Below are positions 50,791 through 64,000 of a stretch of 64,000 bases of DNA, piece by piece. Every line of letters starts with the position of its first letter. Position 1 is the stretch's first letter. The DNA comes from Hormiphora californensis (lineage: Eukaryota > Animalia > Ctenophora): NCBI GenBank assembly GCA_020137815.1, contig CM035357.1, positions 2,170,001 to 2,234,000 on the forward strand. The letters run 5' to 3'. Under the pieces are notes generated by a model. The model did no database searches. It was not told the DNA's origin and saw only the letters and a program-made list of their open reading frames with translations. Position numbers and translations under genes: made by a program.

Positions 50791-53085
50791 TTAGCAGCAA
50801 CCAAAACCAGAACTCTCGCCAACCTGAAAAAGTTGAATAATGTAACCAGCGGTTTATTATGCTCATCAAGTAATTTACTTGGTTTAATTAATATAACTAC
50901 ATATTAATTAAACATAATATATATATGTAACAACCTGTGTAGAAGTACCCTCTCCCAGTTTAACAGAGTCCCCCTGATTTCCTCCTGTCAGTGGTTCCCC
51001 ACCCTCATGACGTCTTTTTAGCGTTCGTGCAATTAACTCGAATATCTGGGAAATGGGGAGAATTAGGTTTAATTAACAATAGGTCAATTAATAATATGTT
51101 AGGGTTAGGTAAGAATTTATCTAAGAAATAATGGCGATTAGTAAATTATGATATTCCTGGTAAATAGGGAGGGGGTTTTCGGTAAACGAGAACCTTATTA
51201 TCGACTCAGTAGAAATTTAGGCCCAACGCTTGAGGGAAAGAAAGTAAAGCATTTCGTACGCCCGACACTCTTTTGGGCCAAAATAAACACATTTACACGC
51301 TACAGTGCAGAATAGTTGGAAATAATACTGCAGTACATAACCAAACACTAATGACATCAAAATTCAACACCCTGTCAGTCTAATGTACACGAGACGGGGG
51401 TTCTAATCTGTTGAATTACATTCGACTAAGTCACCAGTTTACAAGTTAAGTGTATACATCTACAATAACATATTATGTAGATTCACATTTAGTCTTACAC
51501 ACGCTTACTACTCACGCTTGCCAGTAAATTGACTGTCGCAAAGTATAAATATGTCGACCTACTGCTCACTACATATTACCTAACCAGTAACCACTCACGC
51601 TAACGGTAAAGATTTCTCTTTTTCACTATCTCTCTCTCACCATCTCTCTGTCTCTCACTCTCACTAACTCTCTCTCTAACTCACTCTCTACCTCTCTATC
51701 TTTCTCGCTCTGCCTCTCTGTCTCTGCACACCCTCTTTATACTGTAACTCTGACATCTGCACAACACACAAATGATAGCACTTTCTGGACAGCCGCTAAG
51801 AGAGTGCCACTTCCTCAATTCCAGAAAGAGAGATAATATGTTTCTATGATTATTTCTCACATAGTACATACAGAGGAAATTCAAGACCAAAATGGAAAAT
51901 ACAGCTGGTTTTGTAACATGAGTCGTCTGTACTACACCATGCCAACAAAACTAAAATTTGCAAATGTGCAATTTGTTGTCATCATAAGTGGCTCAAAACA
52001 AGGTTTTTCGGAAAACTAACCTCATTAACATTAGTGCTTTCCTTGGCACTTGTTTCTTTAAAGCACAGCATGTTGTTTATCTGAGCACAGTTCTCCCCAT
52101 CCTCTGTGGAAATCTCCCGAAGGGGCTCCAAATCTGCCTTGTTACCTATCAGAACCTTACATATGTAGTCCTTGGTGTACCTAGCAGTAGATAATGGGGG
52201 TAATGAATTTGGCTTGTCAGACATTCAGACAGTAGACAGTCAGTGAGACAGTAGGCAGTCAGACATGAGATTTATGCGTCCGGTAGTTAGATGCAATTTT
52301 GCTCTAGATCGAGCTTTAACATTTAACATTACAAAAAAAGGAAACAAACAGTAAATTCTTCCACTTCTACGTACCTCTGAACATCCTCAAGCCAGTGTGA
52401 AATATTTTGAAATGTTTCTCGGTTTGTAATATCATAAGCGATAATAACACCATCCGCACTTCGGTAGTAACTTTGGGTTATCGTCCTGAATCGCTCTTGC
52501 CCCGCGGTATCCCAAACTTGCAACTGAGGAAAGTTACAGTTTTGAGGAAAGGTGTTTCTAAAGGAGTGTAATTTGGGGGAAGATAATATTTATGAAGGAG
52601 TAATTACGGGTTCCCCGGTAGATAAATAAGAAAATGGGGCCCCAAGAAAATGATGATAAATCAGTCTCCCCGGTAGCCCTCTAGCTCTCATGGTTCTCAC
52701 CTTGACTCGCTTGCCATCGATATCAAGGGTCTTCATGGAGAAGTCCACCCCAATTGTACTACCTAGTCGCTCTGTGAAGGTACCAGATTTGAACCGCTGC
52801 ACTACACATGTCTTCCCTACACTAGCATCACCTGAGAATATAATCGGTGTCGGTGTAATTTGCCTAGCTCGACCGGCGACCCCCTTTTCGCGAACTCCGT
52901 AAAAGAGGGTTAGAACATAACAAGGTGTAATATACGAATTAGGGTTTGGGCTACTAATTGTAGAGAAGTAGAGAATACAAAATGTCGACTGGAGAATGAA
53001 ATATGGCTAAACGTTCTTCTGGCCGGAGCTTACCAATGAGAACAATTTTAAAAAGGAAATCGAAGCCATCGTCAGATCTAGCCAT
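50791..53085 (-). CDS. RAB43: Rab43 (Rab19/43 family) GTPase
   Basis: Six exons: [60 protein letters not shown]-terminal GCC*. Confidence 0.92.
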
Positions 53086-53297
53086 TCTTGCTGCTAGAGG
53101 AATAGGAAACAGGGTTACAAGAGGAATAGGAAACAGGGTTATAATAATCGGAGTGGGAAGTATTGAGACAGAAATGTTAGAGTGAAAAGATTTGTGCTAT
53201 GTAAAAAGTAAAACAAATACAATAGAACAGATTATTATATAGTCGGCGGTAAAAAACTACTGATGGCTAATAAAAATTTAAAACTTGTCAGAATGTC

Positions 53298-55001
53298 TCA
53301 GCGTTTCTCTCGGAACTCCGGCCGCGAGGGTAACACTGCAAAATACCCGGCCATGAAGCCCACAACGGTAGCGCCACAACCTGAAACCGCTACCGTGGTA
53401 ACCGCATTGAGCCGTTTTCGACTGAGTTCTGTTCTTGTTAGTTGAGGCTCCTCCGGAGGATTAAAGGGGGTGTGTTTATGTCGTGGTTTAGTGAAGAAGA
53501 GTTCAATTGAAAACTGGCAGTGCGCCAACAACTCTCCATCACAACCAACACCCTCCCTATCACCACCCGTCACAGAGTTTACAAGAAAATGGGTGTTTTC
53601 GGGGATAAAACTGTCTCTGGGGGTCCGACCCAACCAAGGGATATGGGACACGGCTGCGATACCATCCTGAGTTCCTGTTGCTAGGAAACCACCTCGCTCA
53701 TCCCAATCAAAACACCGAAATGTCCTGTCCTTGATCTCCTTGGGGATGATTGAGGGAAATGTTGGGTCAGGAAACAGTTTTTCAGATCGATCGTTGAAGG
53801 ATAAAATGGCAGAATTAAGTTTGGAACCTCCCTCGAGGGCGAGAGGAGCACCCTGAAGTACTAACACCTTACTCCACAGAGTGCTCCATTGCAGCCCTAA
53901 CGGCATCATGTATTGTTTCCTTTTCTTCTCTCTCAAATCGGTACACCCTCGTTGGAGGAACCTTGCATCCCAATACCTGATCCGTACGTCCGTTCCCGTG
54001 GTTACGAACCGGTGTGGATCCTGGGCGTTAACGGATATCTGTCGGATAGGACCCCCGGGGTGACCTACAACCCACTGAAGTAGCTGCCCATCAGGGTAGC
54101 TCCATCTTACTATGTGACCATCATGTAGACCTGCTATAACGGATTTAGGGCCACCCGAGGGAACCGCTGAGAATGCTACCGCTGTCACAGGGCAGTGTGT
54201 TGGAAGGAGTAATGAGGGTGTTGTTAGTTTAAAATGTGTTTCAGTAGAGTTGAGGTCCAGGGATATGAGGGAAACTCCATTATTGGTTGCCATGGCAACA
54301 GTGATTTTACCTTCCAAACTAACCGGATAAATAGAAATACCACTGATATCTCCACAACAAGCACTAACATCAATAGAACAGTTCAGTAGCACAGGATCAT
54401 ATTTCCAGAATTGAAGTGAGGTTATAGAAGGTGCGGAGAAGTTGTAAATGTGAGAATTAGAGGTGACAGCCAGGAGAAATATTTGGGTGTTAGGTATCCA
54501 TTGTGAGAAGAAGGGAGTTCCACCACAATAACCTAAACTAAATTCTTCGAGGTCAAGGGACTGGAAAATAGAAATCTCCTGGTTATTGACTGACACAGAA
54601 TCAGAATCGGTGACTGTGATTGGTTCTAAAACTGCATCTGTAGGCATGGTAACAAATTCAGGATCAGGCATCAAGCCATCATCGTATATTGCCTGGATAT
54701 CATATCTCCGCTGTCTGAAAAACACTTTTCGTTTTGCGTTCTTGTCCTTGAAATTCGGTATCACCACAGTATCAGAATCAGAAAGATCGGTATTTTCACT
54801 CTCCTCCTTTTCTAAACTCCCCTCATCCTCTTCTTCTTCTTCTTCTGTGCTACTGTTATCACTTCCCACACTCGCGTCTGATTCGTCGTCATTATCGTCT
54901 TTAGAGCTGGTGGGTGGTGCTGTGAGCTGCTGGTGGATGGCAAGTCGCTTTAGGTTTGACGCAGCCCGCTGCGCTGATCTCCGTTTGGGAGGCAGAGACA
55001 T
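53298..55001 (-). CDS. GTF3C2: WD40 protein, probable TFIIIC subunit 2 (intronless)
   Basis: ATG 55001 behind an acceptor; PKRRSAQRA, acidic tract, YCGG..W, LQFW, FVTTGTDVRIRYWD motifs resemble GTF3C2. Confidence 0.65.
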   Translation of the reverse strand: MSLPPKRRSAQRAASNLKRLAIHQQLTAPPTSSKDDNDDESDASVGSDNSSTEEEEEEDEGSLEKEESENTDLSDSDTVVIPNFKDKNAKRKVFFRQRRYDIQAIYDDGLMPDPEFVTMPTDAVLEPITVTDSDSVSVNNQEISIFQSLDLEEFSLGYCGGTPFFSQWIPNTQIFLLAVTSNSHIYNFSAPSITSLQFWKYDPVLLNCSIDVSACCGDISGISIYPVSLEGKITVAMATNNGVSLISLDLNSTETHFKLTTPSLLLPTHCPVTAVAFSAVPSGGPKSVIAGLHDGHIVRWSYPDGQLLQWVVGHPGGPIRQISVNAQDPHRFVTTGTDVRIRYWDARFLQRGCTDLREKKRKQYMMPLGLQWSTLWSKVLVLQGAPLALEGGSKLNSAILSFNDRSEKLFPDPTFPSIIPKEIKDRTFRCFDWDERGGFLATGTQDGIAAVSHIPWLGRTPRDSFIPENTHFLVNSVTGGDREGVGCDGELLAHCQFSIELFFTKPRHKHTPFNPPEEPQLTRTELSRKRLNAVTTVAVSGCGATVVGFMAGYFAVLPSRPEFREKR

Positions 55002-55270
55002 CCTGAAAAGATGGGGTGAGTGGGGGGTGAGGGGTGAAGGGAAAAATCCTGAAAAGAAGGGCATATTGGGAGAGGAGTGGGAAGGAGGCATCCTGGAGGG
55101 GAGATGGGGTGAGGGGGAAGGGTGTTGTGAAGGGGGGAAATTCTGAAAACAAGAGGAGATGGTGAGGGAGAAAACAAAATTCTGGGCAGGAAAAAAACGT
55201 TTTTGTAAAATTATGTGTCATTACGATAAACAAATATAATGGATAAAAATAGTCCTCTCAATCACTGCAT

Positions 55271-56784
55271 TCATTCAGCTTCCTTGGCCTCTCTGTCTTT
55301 GTGTTTACTCTTCTTCCCCTCTTTATTCTTCCCCTTTCCCTTCTCCTTTTTCCTCCGACCTGTGTCCTCGTCTTCGTCAGAGGCCCGACGCCGCTTCTCC
55401 TGCTGAAGAAGTATTTTACAATGTCATCAGTATCCAACAAAAAATTTGGTTTAATGAATTTCATCAAAAAACTCTCTGTCCCCCCGGCCCCCTGCGCTTT
55501 TACTTACTTTAACCTTGTCTTCCTCTTCAATCTGAGCCTTCTCCAATTCTTCCCTCCGTTTCTCCTCCCTCTCCAACTTCTCTCCCGTTTGTTTCACTTT
55601 CTCCTGGCTGTTCTTCAGTTGATGCTGCAGTTGCAGAATCGTCGCTTGCATCCCTTCAACCTGGGAAAATGGGTGTGCTATTTAAATTTTGAATGTAAAT
55701 CGAATTTCACCCCTCACGTAACCAACTAACGGTAATCAGAGATAATCGTCGTATTGTAGATTAATGTCATGATGAAAAGTTAAAAATATTTTATCGGTTC
55801 TTTATTTCTAACTAACGGTACACCAGGTAATGACGTCATGAAGATGACAAATCACCTCTTCATCCAGTTGAAGGACAAAGTTTGTCATTTCTTCAACATT
55901 CTTCTGCATCTCTTCATTGGCACTCTTTTGTAAAGCTAGCTCTGCTTGCAACTGGGCTACCCGTCCCTAGTGTAATGCATGGTTCAAATGGAAAGAATTA
56001 ATTTTGACAAGGCGATAGTTTTAATTGAAAATAGAAGAAAAAACGTGTTTTATTAGCGTACCTGGGAGAGCTGTCGACCAAGTTCTTCATTTTCATCAAT
56101 CAACATTCGACATTTACCCATTAATTTCTGAAAAAAAGAGAAAATATATCACTTTGACTTGAAGTCAATTCTTCTGTTGCTATTTTATTTCACTGTAACT
56201 TCTGTAAAAACCATATTCTGAGATCAAGTTTCAAACCTTGCCGGTAACGCTGTCTGGTGTAAAGGACCACGCATTAAGTTCCTCCTCAGCCTTTTCCAGC
56301 TTCCCCTGAAGATCCTTGATCTGTGACTGCATCTTTTGAAACAACAGATTAACACACGGGTCCAAGAGAGTCGTTCGGAGGTTGCTGGTCGAGGGTGCGA
56401 GGGCTCTTTTTAATTCCTGGGGGATAGGATGCATACACACTGGAATAACGGTTAAAACTTGTTAGCTATTGTTAATCTAGATTAATGTTAAAAACTCCAA
56501 TTTAATTTCTGACAAACCTGTATTTGGTTTAACATGTCCTGGGCTTCCTGTTCCTTACTCGCTAGCCTCATAATCAAGATATTCTCACGGCGAGTTGAAT
56601 CCTGATTTTGTGACTCCAACTTGGACTTTGCCTGGTTTTTCAGGTGATCAATGGTCTCTTCAAGGTAATCAATGTATTTTTCCTGTAGCCTCCATTTGTC
56701 CGCCAGTTTCTCTGGTTTCAGCTTGTAAAAGTGTCTCTCCTCAAGGCGAATTCTTTCGTACTCATCCTCCATGCTTTCTGACAT
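55271..56784 (-). CDS. WTAP: Pre-mRNA splicing regulator / m6A writer adaptor WTAP
   Basis: RRENILIMRLASKEQE, LLDPCVNLLF, LNAWSFTPDSVTGKKLMGKCRMLIDENEELG, QLDEEVEGMQATIL across 6 exons. Confidence 0.95.
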
Positions 56785-57039
56785 GCCTATATAAGGAGTT
56801 AATAATAAGAAAGAATAACCGGATGTACTATTTACAAATGCATGAAAACTTTGACTGGCAACTACTCTGGCGAGTGGCGACTCGACCTGTAAGCCCTTAG
56901 CTCAATTAACTTCAGACGGCGTCAGTAAGTCAAAGCACATTAAGGTCGATCAAATGCAGTAGAATGAGACAGAAATTTGGTAATTTCTTCCCTTTCAATA
57001 GTCTAAAAAACGTCTTTTTGAGTTAGTGAATTTTTGAAT

Positions 57040-57490
57040 TGGCAAACGCTGCTGGCGGGATAAGCGCAAAAGAGAAAATGAGAGGAACACGACTGTGCGA
57101 GTGTACCATTATAGTGTTGTGTTGGCACACGGAGAATATGGGAGAGGGATAAGGCAGCGCTTTTTAAATTTTAAATTTTTGAAAACGTTTTTCAGTTTCA
57201 ATTTTTTTTTCTTCAAAATTCGACCTGACCTTTTTTCAGATGCGCGGCGCGGCATTTGCGTTATTATGCGCTGCATGAATTCTTGTTTTGCGCGCTTCCG
57301 ATCTGCAAAAATCAACCGATGAGCTGCGTTTCCAAGATGGTTGGAATGCGCTGCAGCCCCCTCATGCGCGCACCCCCGCAACGAGGGGACTGGAGGGAAT
57401 GCCGCGCGCGCGTTTGGCCTGAGCTCAGGACGGGCCCGGCTGGGTCGAAAATAACTTTGCGGTCGAAAAAACGGCGGTGCTTATAACTTT
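57040..57490. promoter_or_regulatory. Putative bidirectional CpG-rich promoter between WTAP and the Rab-like gene
   Basis: GC/CGCG-rich island between divergently oriented genes. Confidence 0.4.
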
Positions 57491-58222
57491 GGCCCCTGAA
57501 GTCCGTTTGACTTGATTCTTTCACCAGTTGCTAGATCTGACAATTATCTACCTTGCTGTTTTTGAGAGAAGTTAATTGGACTTGAGGAGGCTGAGCAATA
57601 GCCGTTCAAAGATTGGTTGTTTTCAAAAAGTGACGTCACAGGTCCCTGCAGGGACACTTTTGTTTCAAGTTTGAATTAAAATCTCGAATTTTTTATTTTA
57701 CCGCACTCGATTTTGCGGAGTTTGGTTCATATCTCCTGTTCCTGATAAGATAGAGACCTGAAACCGGTTGCATTTGAAAGCTGTTATCTTCCTCTTTCCA
57801 ACGCTACCAAAACGATTTCTGTACCTTATCTGGAACCGGAGATATGCTTGATTATGTATTCCCCCCCAGCGCGGTATTCCCTCCAGGCCCCTTATATTAT
57901 ATTATAAGGGACCTGCAACGTATGCCAACCAAGATGGCCGTTTTGCTTGACATTCACAGCTGCCCCTTTATACCGCATGAGTATGGCGTATAGTGTATAC
58001 CAGCTATTTTGCTCAAGACCTCAACTTTGTATACTCTGCAGACCCCCAGTGTGCACGTTCATTGTTCGTACAGGGGACTGCTGCAGTGTAGGCCAAATTT
58101 GAAATTTTTAACTGCCCCCCGCCCTTCGCCCTTGACTACAGATAACAGAGGATAGTTTTTAAGTGTTTTAGAGAAGGATATTAATGCGTGCCCCAATATT
58201 AATAGAGCGCATCCCCTATAGA

Positions 58223-59455
58223 ATGGGTAACAAGAGCAGCAAGACTTCGTTAAAACTCCAAGATTTGAAGCTGAAAATAGTCCTTGTTGGTGATGCAGGA
58301 TCTGGGAAATCGTCCGTGGTATCACGAGTTACAGCAAATCAGGTAAAACTAAAGTGGATCGACTTTCAGTATCAGCTGATAATTTGGAAAATATAACCTT
58401 GATATGATGGCTCTACCCAGTAGTATCACACCCATCATTTAACTTGTTGTTTGTATCCGTTCAGTTGCCATGGTTACCAATAAATATAACCATGTTCACA
58501 GTTCAGTTACCAATAAATATACCAATGTTCACAGTTCAGTTACCGATAAATATTACCATGTTCACAGTTCAGTTACCAATAAATATTACCATGTTCACAG
58601 TTCAGTTACCAATAAATATTACCATGTTCACAGTTCAGTTACCACTACAGCCAAACGAACAGTGTCAATATTGGTAATATGGTTAAGAAGATAAACCATC
58701 CGGTGGAATGTAAAGTTTCCATCTCCATCTGGGATATGCCAGGTACTTCCATGTATATCTCAACCCTGTATGCTAGGCATTGTAGTATGTGTTTACCGGA
58801 ACCTTCCCCCGAGCATCACAGTATAAGCCTCTTAGCCTACCACCATCTGCATAACCTCGATCTATCGTTCACCAAACCAAAAACACGCTGACTCTAATCT
58901 AACACACACACACACGCACCATCCTACCTTCTTAGGGAACGAGGATGTAGACTTACGAAGGAGTTATTTCGAGGACGCTGACGCTGGTGTGATAGTGGTT
59001 AACATTGCTGATACGGATAGTACTAGTCGTGTCCCTGATTTGAAGCAAAGCATCTTGGAATTCACCAAAACAAAGTCTGAGTTTGCAACCAAGGTCCTCA
59101 TTGAAGAAGAAGAAGAAGAGGGTGGAGGTGTTGAGAGGCTGGTGGATCTTCCTGTTTTAGTGTTAGGTGAGTCAGTGCAGTGCAGTTCTCTCGTAATTTG
59201 GTAATGAATGTAGGTTTGGTTTGCGTTGCTCATTTCAAACTGTTAACAGTCACACATTACATCCAAGTGTGTGGGACGTGGGTGATGTCCCCATAGTATA
59301 TCAGTGCAAATCATAAAACAAGTTTATATGTTATTTTGAAATAATTCTCCACTGTACAACAGGAAACAAAGTTGACGATTTAAACATTCCCGAACTCCAG
59401 GATTCTCTACACCCTAACGTTGAGGTTCTCTCATCTTGCTGCGATAACTGTACAG
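58223..59455 (+). CDS. Atypical Rab-like small GTPase with N-myristoylation motif; 3' end unresolved
   Basis: Exons approx. 58223-58342, 58634-58742, 58936-59166, 59363-59455: MGNKSS, GDAGSGKS, IWDMPG, LVLGNKVD. Confidence 0.75.
58470..58645 (+). repeat. 33-bp tandem repeat (x5) of splice acceptor plus exon start
   Basis: ccatgttcacag|ttcagttacc repeated; the last copy is the in-frame acceptor. Confidence 0.85.
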
Positions 59456-59804
59456 GTAAAATAGTTACTGTCAGACCCCGATTTACCGGGATTCTCGGGG
59501 CAAGCCATTTTGCCCGGTAAATGGGGGTTCCAGTAAATCGGGGTCCGACTGTACTACATAACCCACGATCCTTTTTACTGCTTTTAGTACGTGATGGGAT
59601 TTCTCGGTAAACAGACAACATGCCAGATTTAACTTGCTACTACCCAGATACCAGCTTTTAATTTGATATACCAACGAAATCTGAGCACACCAAAAAACTA
59701 ACTTACAAATAAACTAGATAAATCTTCGTTTTAAAACAACCTCATTCTAACACTGATTTGAACACTCCTCAACCCGTTAAAATAATAACAACACACTCTC
59801 TCTA

Positions 59805-62800
59805 TCACGTTATCACTGTCTCATCCTCAACATTAATCATGTCTGTTCTGATCTGAGCCTCAATGTTTAACTGATCATAATTCCTGCCACCATTAGCAGG
59901 GGCTGACACTGACAACCTTCCAGCTGCAGCCCAACTGTTTCTCAGTTCCTCACGCTTCATGAATATTCGGTTTTTCAACCGCGTCCTGAATGATGTATCA
60001 GGCGATGCTTTTTGTTGGCCATCATTGAAAGTTGCAACGATGATCTCTAATACCAGGAGAACTAGAGATATTGAGGTCCCAATACACAAGAAGAAGAAGA
60101 TACCCTTGAGGGTTCCCAGTTTTAGCATGTCCTTCTGACCCGGATCACCACTGGTACATTTCGAGGTGTCCGGTGTTTTGTCATACTTCTTCCACAGGTT
60201 ATCAAAGAAGCCATGTTCACGAAGTTTGATCATCTGTGTATTGATCAGCGCGGCGTAGGGGGAGTTTTTAGGGAATCCAAAGGCGTAATCAAATGTCTGC
60301 AATTCACCCCCAACGTAGAATATGTTGCACTCCCCCATCAGGTTGTAGGAAATAAAAGGCGTTTCGTCGATCAGTACGAACTGACCCTCCTGTACCCTCG
60401 CCTCACCCTCCTCAAAACTGTTCAACATTTCAGCACCATCAACCAACCTCTGATAATCCTTGTCAATGTTGCTCTTTAGGAGAGCCTCTACGAAACTCTG
60501 GTTAGAGAATTCCCCACTTATACTGAGTCTGATCTAGGAGATCCTTAGCGTGGTCGATACTAATTCCTATCTTGTCGAGCGTCATGAAAGCAGTTAGGTT
60601 GGCCGAGTACATACACGTGATCAGCATGATAAAAAACCACCAAGTGAATAGGATGAATCGGCCCGACATGCTTCGAGGCATTACTTCTGTCCCCTGACTG
60701 ACACTACCTGCTCCAATCAACCAGAAGGCATTGTGCATAGATAGCATCTCCTTTGAGTCCTCAATGTCGTCCAATAGGCACTTTACTGGCGGCTCACTTT
60801 CAGCCTGGGAGGTGTTGGAGATTCGAGTTTTCCGGCAGGATCTACACTCGCAGCAGCGTTTTGCGAATGCCTTCCGTCCGTGAGATCCGTAGGGAGATAG
60901 TCGGCAGAAGAATCGTTGGATTAGAGCCATGATGACGATGGATAAGGCGATCAGGAGCCAGACTTCGCTGGTAAAAGGACTTAGGAAAAAGAAAAGATTC
61001 TTCTTCCCGCTCTCTCCCTTCACGGCCAGTGATATACCGCTATCCATGAAGGAGACAGAGAAATCTATAAAGTTCTCCCTCTCAAAGCTCACTGAGACAT
61101 CCATCGTTATCATATCTATCTCTCCTCGGAGCAGTAGACCGATGAGTCCAGACCATGTTTCTTTTTTATCGTCATACGTACCAAACAGGCCATCATCAGG
61201 CTCCACAAAATCAAAGGAAAAGTTGAGGATTGCTGCTAGCTCTCGAACAGCATCAGGACAGATTCCATCCCAACAGATCCCTGTCTCACATTCCTTTTTG
61301 ATCGCAAAGGGAGGGTTGTGGGTGACTCCCAACCTTAGATGCCTCCCACCCAGTGTGTTTGCAATGCCGAATGGGTGGTGTCTTAGGTTGCCTAGGAAAC
61401 GAACCGCGTTACCCTCTCTGTCATAGAACATGCCCAGTTTCTGGGGGCCTCTCCAGACACCAATCGGTGAAAAATATCCAGGCTCGATAAAGTTGACTAT
61501 CTGGTAGTTAACTTTTTGGGGCGTTCCATCGGGGTTTAGGGCTATGTCACTCGCAACACCCTTCACCTGCACATTACGGAGAACCTCAAAAAACTCGTCT
61601 CCCCTACTCCATTTCCCCTGGTCACTACAGTTGATCTGCGGCTCGGCCACGTTGGTGGATCGGGTAAAATTAACTAACGCCGACCCCGCCATTTGGATCG
61701 CATCAAAGGAGCCTAAAACAGCAGGCGAAAGTGCGGTGTTTGGGAGATCGGCATACTTTAGGTAGGTGTCCTGAAACTCTCTGAATAGATCAGTTTCCGA
61801 CTGGATGGCTGGATAGATGCCAATAAGTCCGGTGAGGTAACTGGGATAATTGCCGACTGAAGATCCCAGAGCTGCGGAGTTACTAGTTATACCGTCGGTA
61901 ACAATCCACACATAACCTGACCCCATGAGACCAATTCGTTCTGCCTCTCTGAACACCTTTGCTCCGTACCTACAAAGAATGAAATAACATTTTCAAAACT
62001 AGTACTAGTGATGATATGTAAGAACGGTTTAGGTGAAAGTTTTAAAAATGGGGGAGGGGAGAATTGAAAACACTTTTATAATCCTTGATTATGATACTGA
62101 GAACTCTCACCTGGTTATTGACTACGATAGTCGATACTGGAGTTTAGTAAAATGGATTTGTTTCACTCACCTTCCCTCACATATCAGTACGATAACTCTC
62201 GTCAAAGATTCCTTCACCCGAAGCAGGGTGTTCACCAGCTCGGGTGTCCGTGACGCTTTGAACCCATCCGCCAGCTTTAGGTTAAAATTAGTGCTCTGCG
62301 ATGCGAGCAGCTTCTGAAGGGTGTTAGCACCGTTTACCCCGTACAGGGTGTCAGAGGAAACAATGGATAAATCCATCCAATGGTAGTACTTCAACAAATC
62401 AATAATAGCGGCCGCTTGAAAACTATCATCCGGACTCAGTTGTATAATGTTGTTCCTAAGACCGCTCCGCAGGTTTGGATCTGTCCCCCTGACCGAGATA
62501 AGGGGCACATTTATGGGACTGAGAATGTCTGCCATTGTTGCGATTTGGTTGCTTCCATCAGGGGAGACGACCGTGACGACGCTCTGATCGGCCATCCAGC
62601 ATGTCGTGTCAACTAACCCATACAACGAATACGCATCATATGTCTTGAACACGACATCAAGTTTTACAGTTGTTGAGTTGGTATTGAAGAAATCCTCAGC
62701 AAAACTGGCCAGTTTCCGAAGGGGTTCAATATGGACGTTTTGATCTGACACCATGAAACCAATCTTGAAGGACTCTGTGTAGACTGTCCTGCCGTAGTTA

Positions 62801-62859
62801 AGCATGGTGTTATGAAGGGGAAGCAGGACCGCAAGGAGAAGAGATAGGAGGAGTGTCAT
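59805..62859 (-). CDS. Ionotropic glutamate receptor (ctenophore epsilon-type), 2 exons, apparent frameshift near 60500
   Basis: Signal peptide, ATD, S1 (NPPF, DGIC, WSGLIG, ERE..IDFS), M1-M3 with MYSANLTAF, S2 and M4; one intron ~61970-62170. Confidence 0.92.
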
Positions 62860-64000
62860 TTTAGGAGAGGGCGTGTACTGTGGAGAGAGATGGAGTCATG
62901 TTTACGTTTTATAGTGGTGATGGATTTAATTGCTACAGGTGAATTGGTTCCGTTATTGCTATAAATAATATATCAAGGAATAATATTATCTAAATTATGC
63001 AGAATTATCATCAAGCCACCGCATTATATATATAATATAATAATATATATAATAATATATATTATATGTCATCTAGAATAGAATGCGGGAAATATAAGGC
63101 TCTGGATAATGGTCGAATAAGGCTCGATATAATGGTCGGATCACTGCGACTTCAGTAGAAAGCTGTCCACTATTATAGGCAGAACTAATGGGCGATAGTG
63201 ATAAATTAGTGCCTGCAATAGAGACTGTTTAGGCTACAACTCGGACAACTCTGACAGTACTGCATCTCACATAACATCTCTCTGCTGAACAACAACACAA
63301 CAACAACAACAACAATTGTCCTACAGTTTGTTGTTGAAACGGAGCTAACAAAGGGAACAAAGCTTGTCCCAACATCTCCCACAGCAAGCTCACTGTTCTG
63401 TGATACTGAGGGGGACAATGGGGCTCTGTAACGTAGTATACAAACTTGAACTGCAAATATGAAGTAAGAGCTGGGGATGTAAAACAATGCGTCAGTTGTA
63501 AAAACACTCTCACCGCTTACAATTACTTTGAGGGTCGAGCCAGCCAAACAATTACCTCAAAAACTCTTCTTTTTTAATTGTAATTTTTCTCCTCTCTTTT
63601 GCTTTCAATCTTTGTCTCTCAAACTACGTTCTCTCATCCTAAAGAGTGTGATATCACACACAAAATAACATATACGGTACTGAGTGTGACATAACAATGC
63701 AATCACAAAGTAAAATATACAGACAGCTGACAGACAGGAAGACGGAAACTTATCATTACGATGTTGTGTATCTTTAATCTTTTATTCTCCCTATCTCTCT
63801 GTCATTCTCTTTCTCTGTCGCTCTCTTTCTGTCTCTCCCTCTCTTTCTTCTTTATATCTCTCTAATTCGTCTCAAGTGTGTATTTAGGAATCATTTTGTG
63901 CATTCTTACTGGACTGAAACGACTCCTGCCGCGTGAGAATTATTTAGGGTCGAATTGTATTCTCCACACAACATTCAATATTGACTTTAACACACAATAT

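Overview
Gene-dense, intron-rich animal genomic DNA, most likely a ctenophore (inferred from the epsilon-type iGluR features). Host genes: the 3' part of a DNMBP/Tuba-like BAR-SH3 gene (+); a TGFBRAP1/Vps3-like gene (-) with very large introns; a tightly packed minus-strand run of WTAP, GTF3C2-like, RAB43, POLR2F, TMEM167 and STX18; an atypical Rab-like GTPase (+); and an ionotropic glutamate receptor (-) with an apparent frameshift. The TGFBRAP1 introns hold three nested antisense single-exon genes (two His-rich C-type lectins, one small Cys-rich membrane protein) and many mobile elements. Best new candidates: (1) an R4/Dong-like retrotransposon and a non-autonomous partner (HDV-like ribozyme + 23-bp minisatellite + shared 3' end) lying head-to-tail in one (GA)n tract; (2) a second HDV-like ribozyme just downstream of a nested lectin gene; (3) a nest of 1-4 kb palindromic DNA transposons with Kolobok-type, Chapaev-type and unclassified ends, one carrying a Zn-ribbon ORF; (4) repeated tandem duplication of exon-intron junctions. 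All calls were made by eye; exon boundaries may be off by a few bases.
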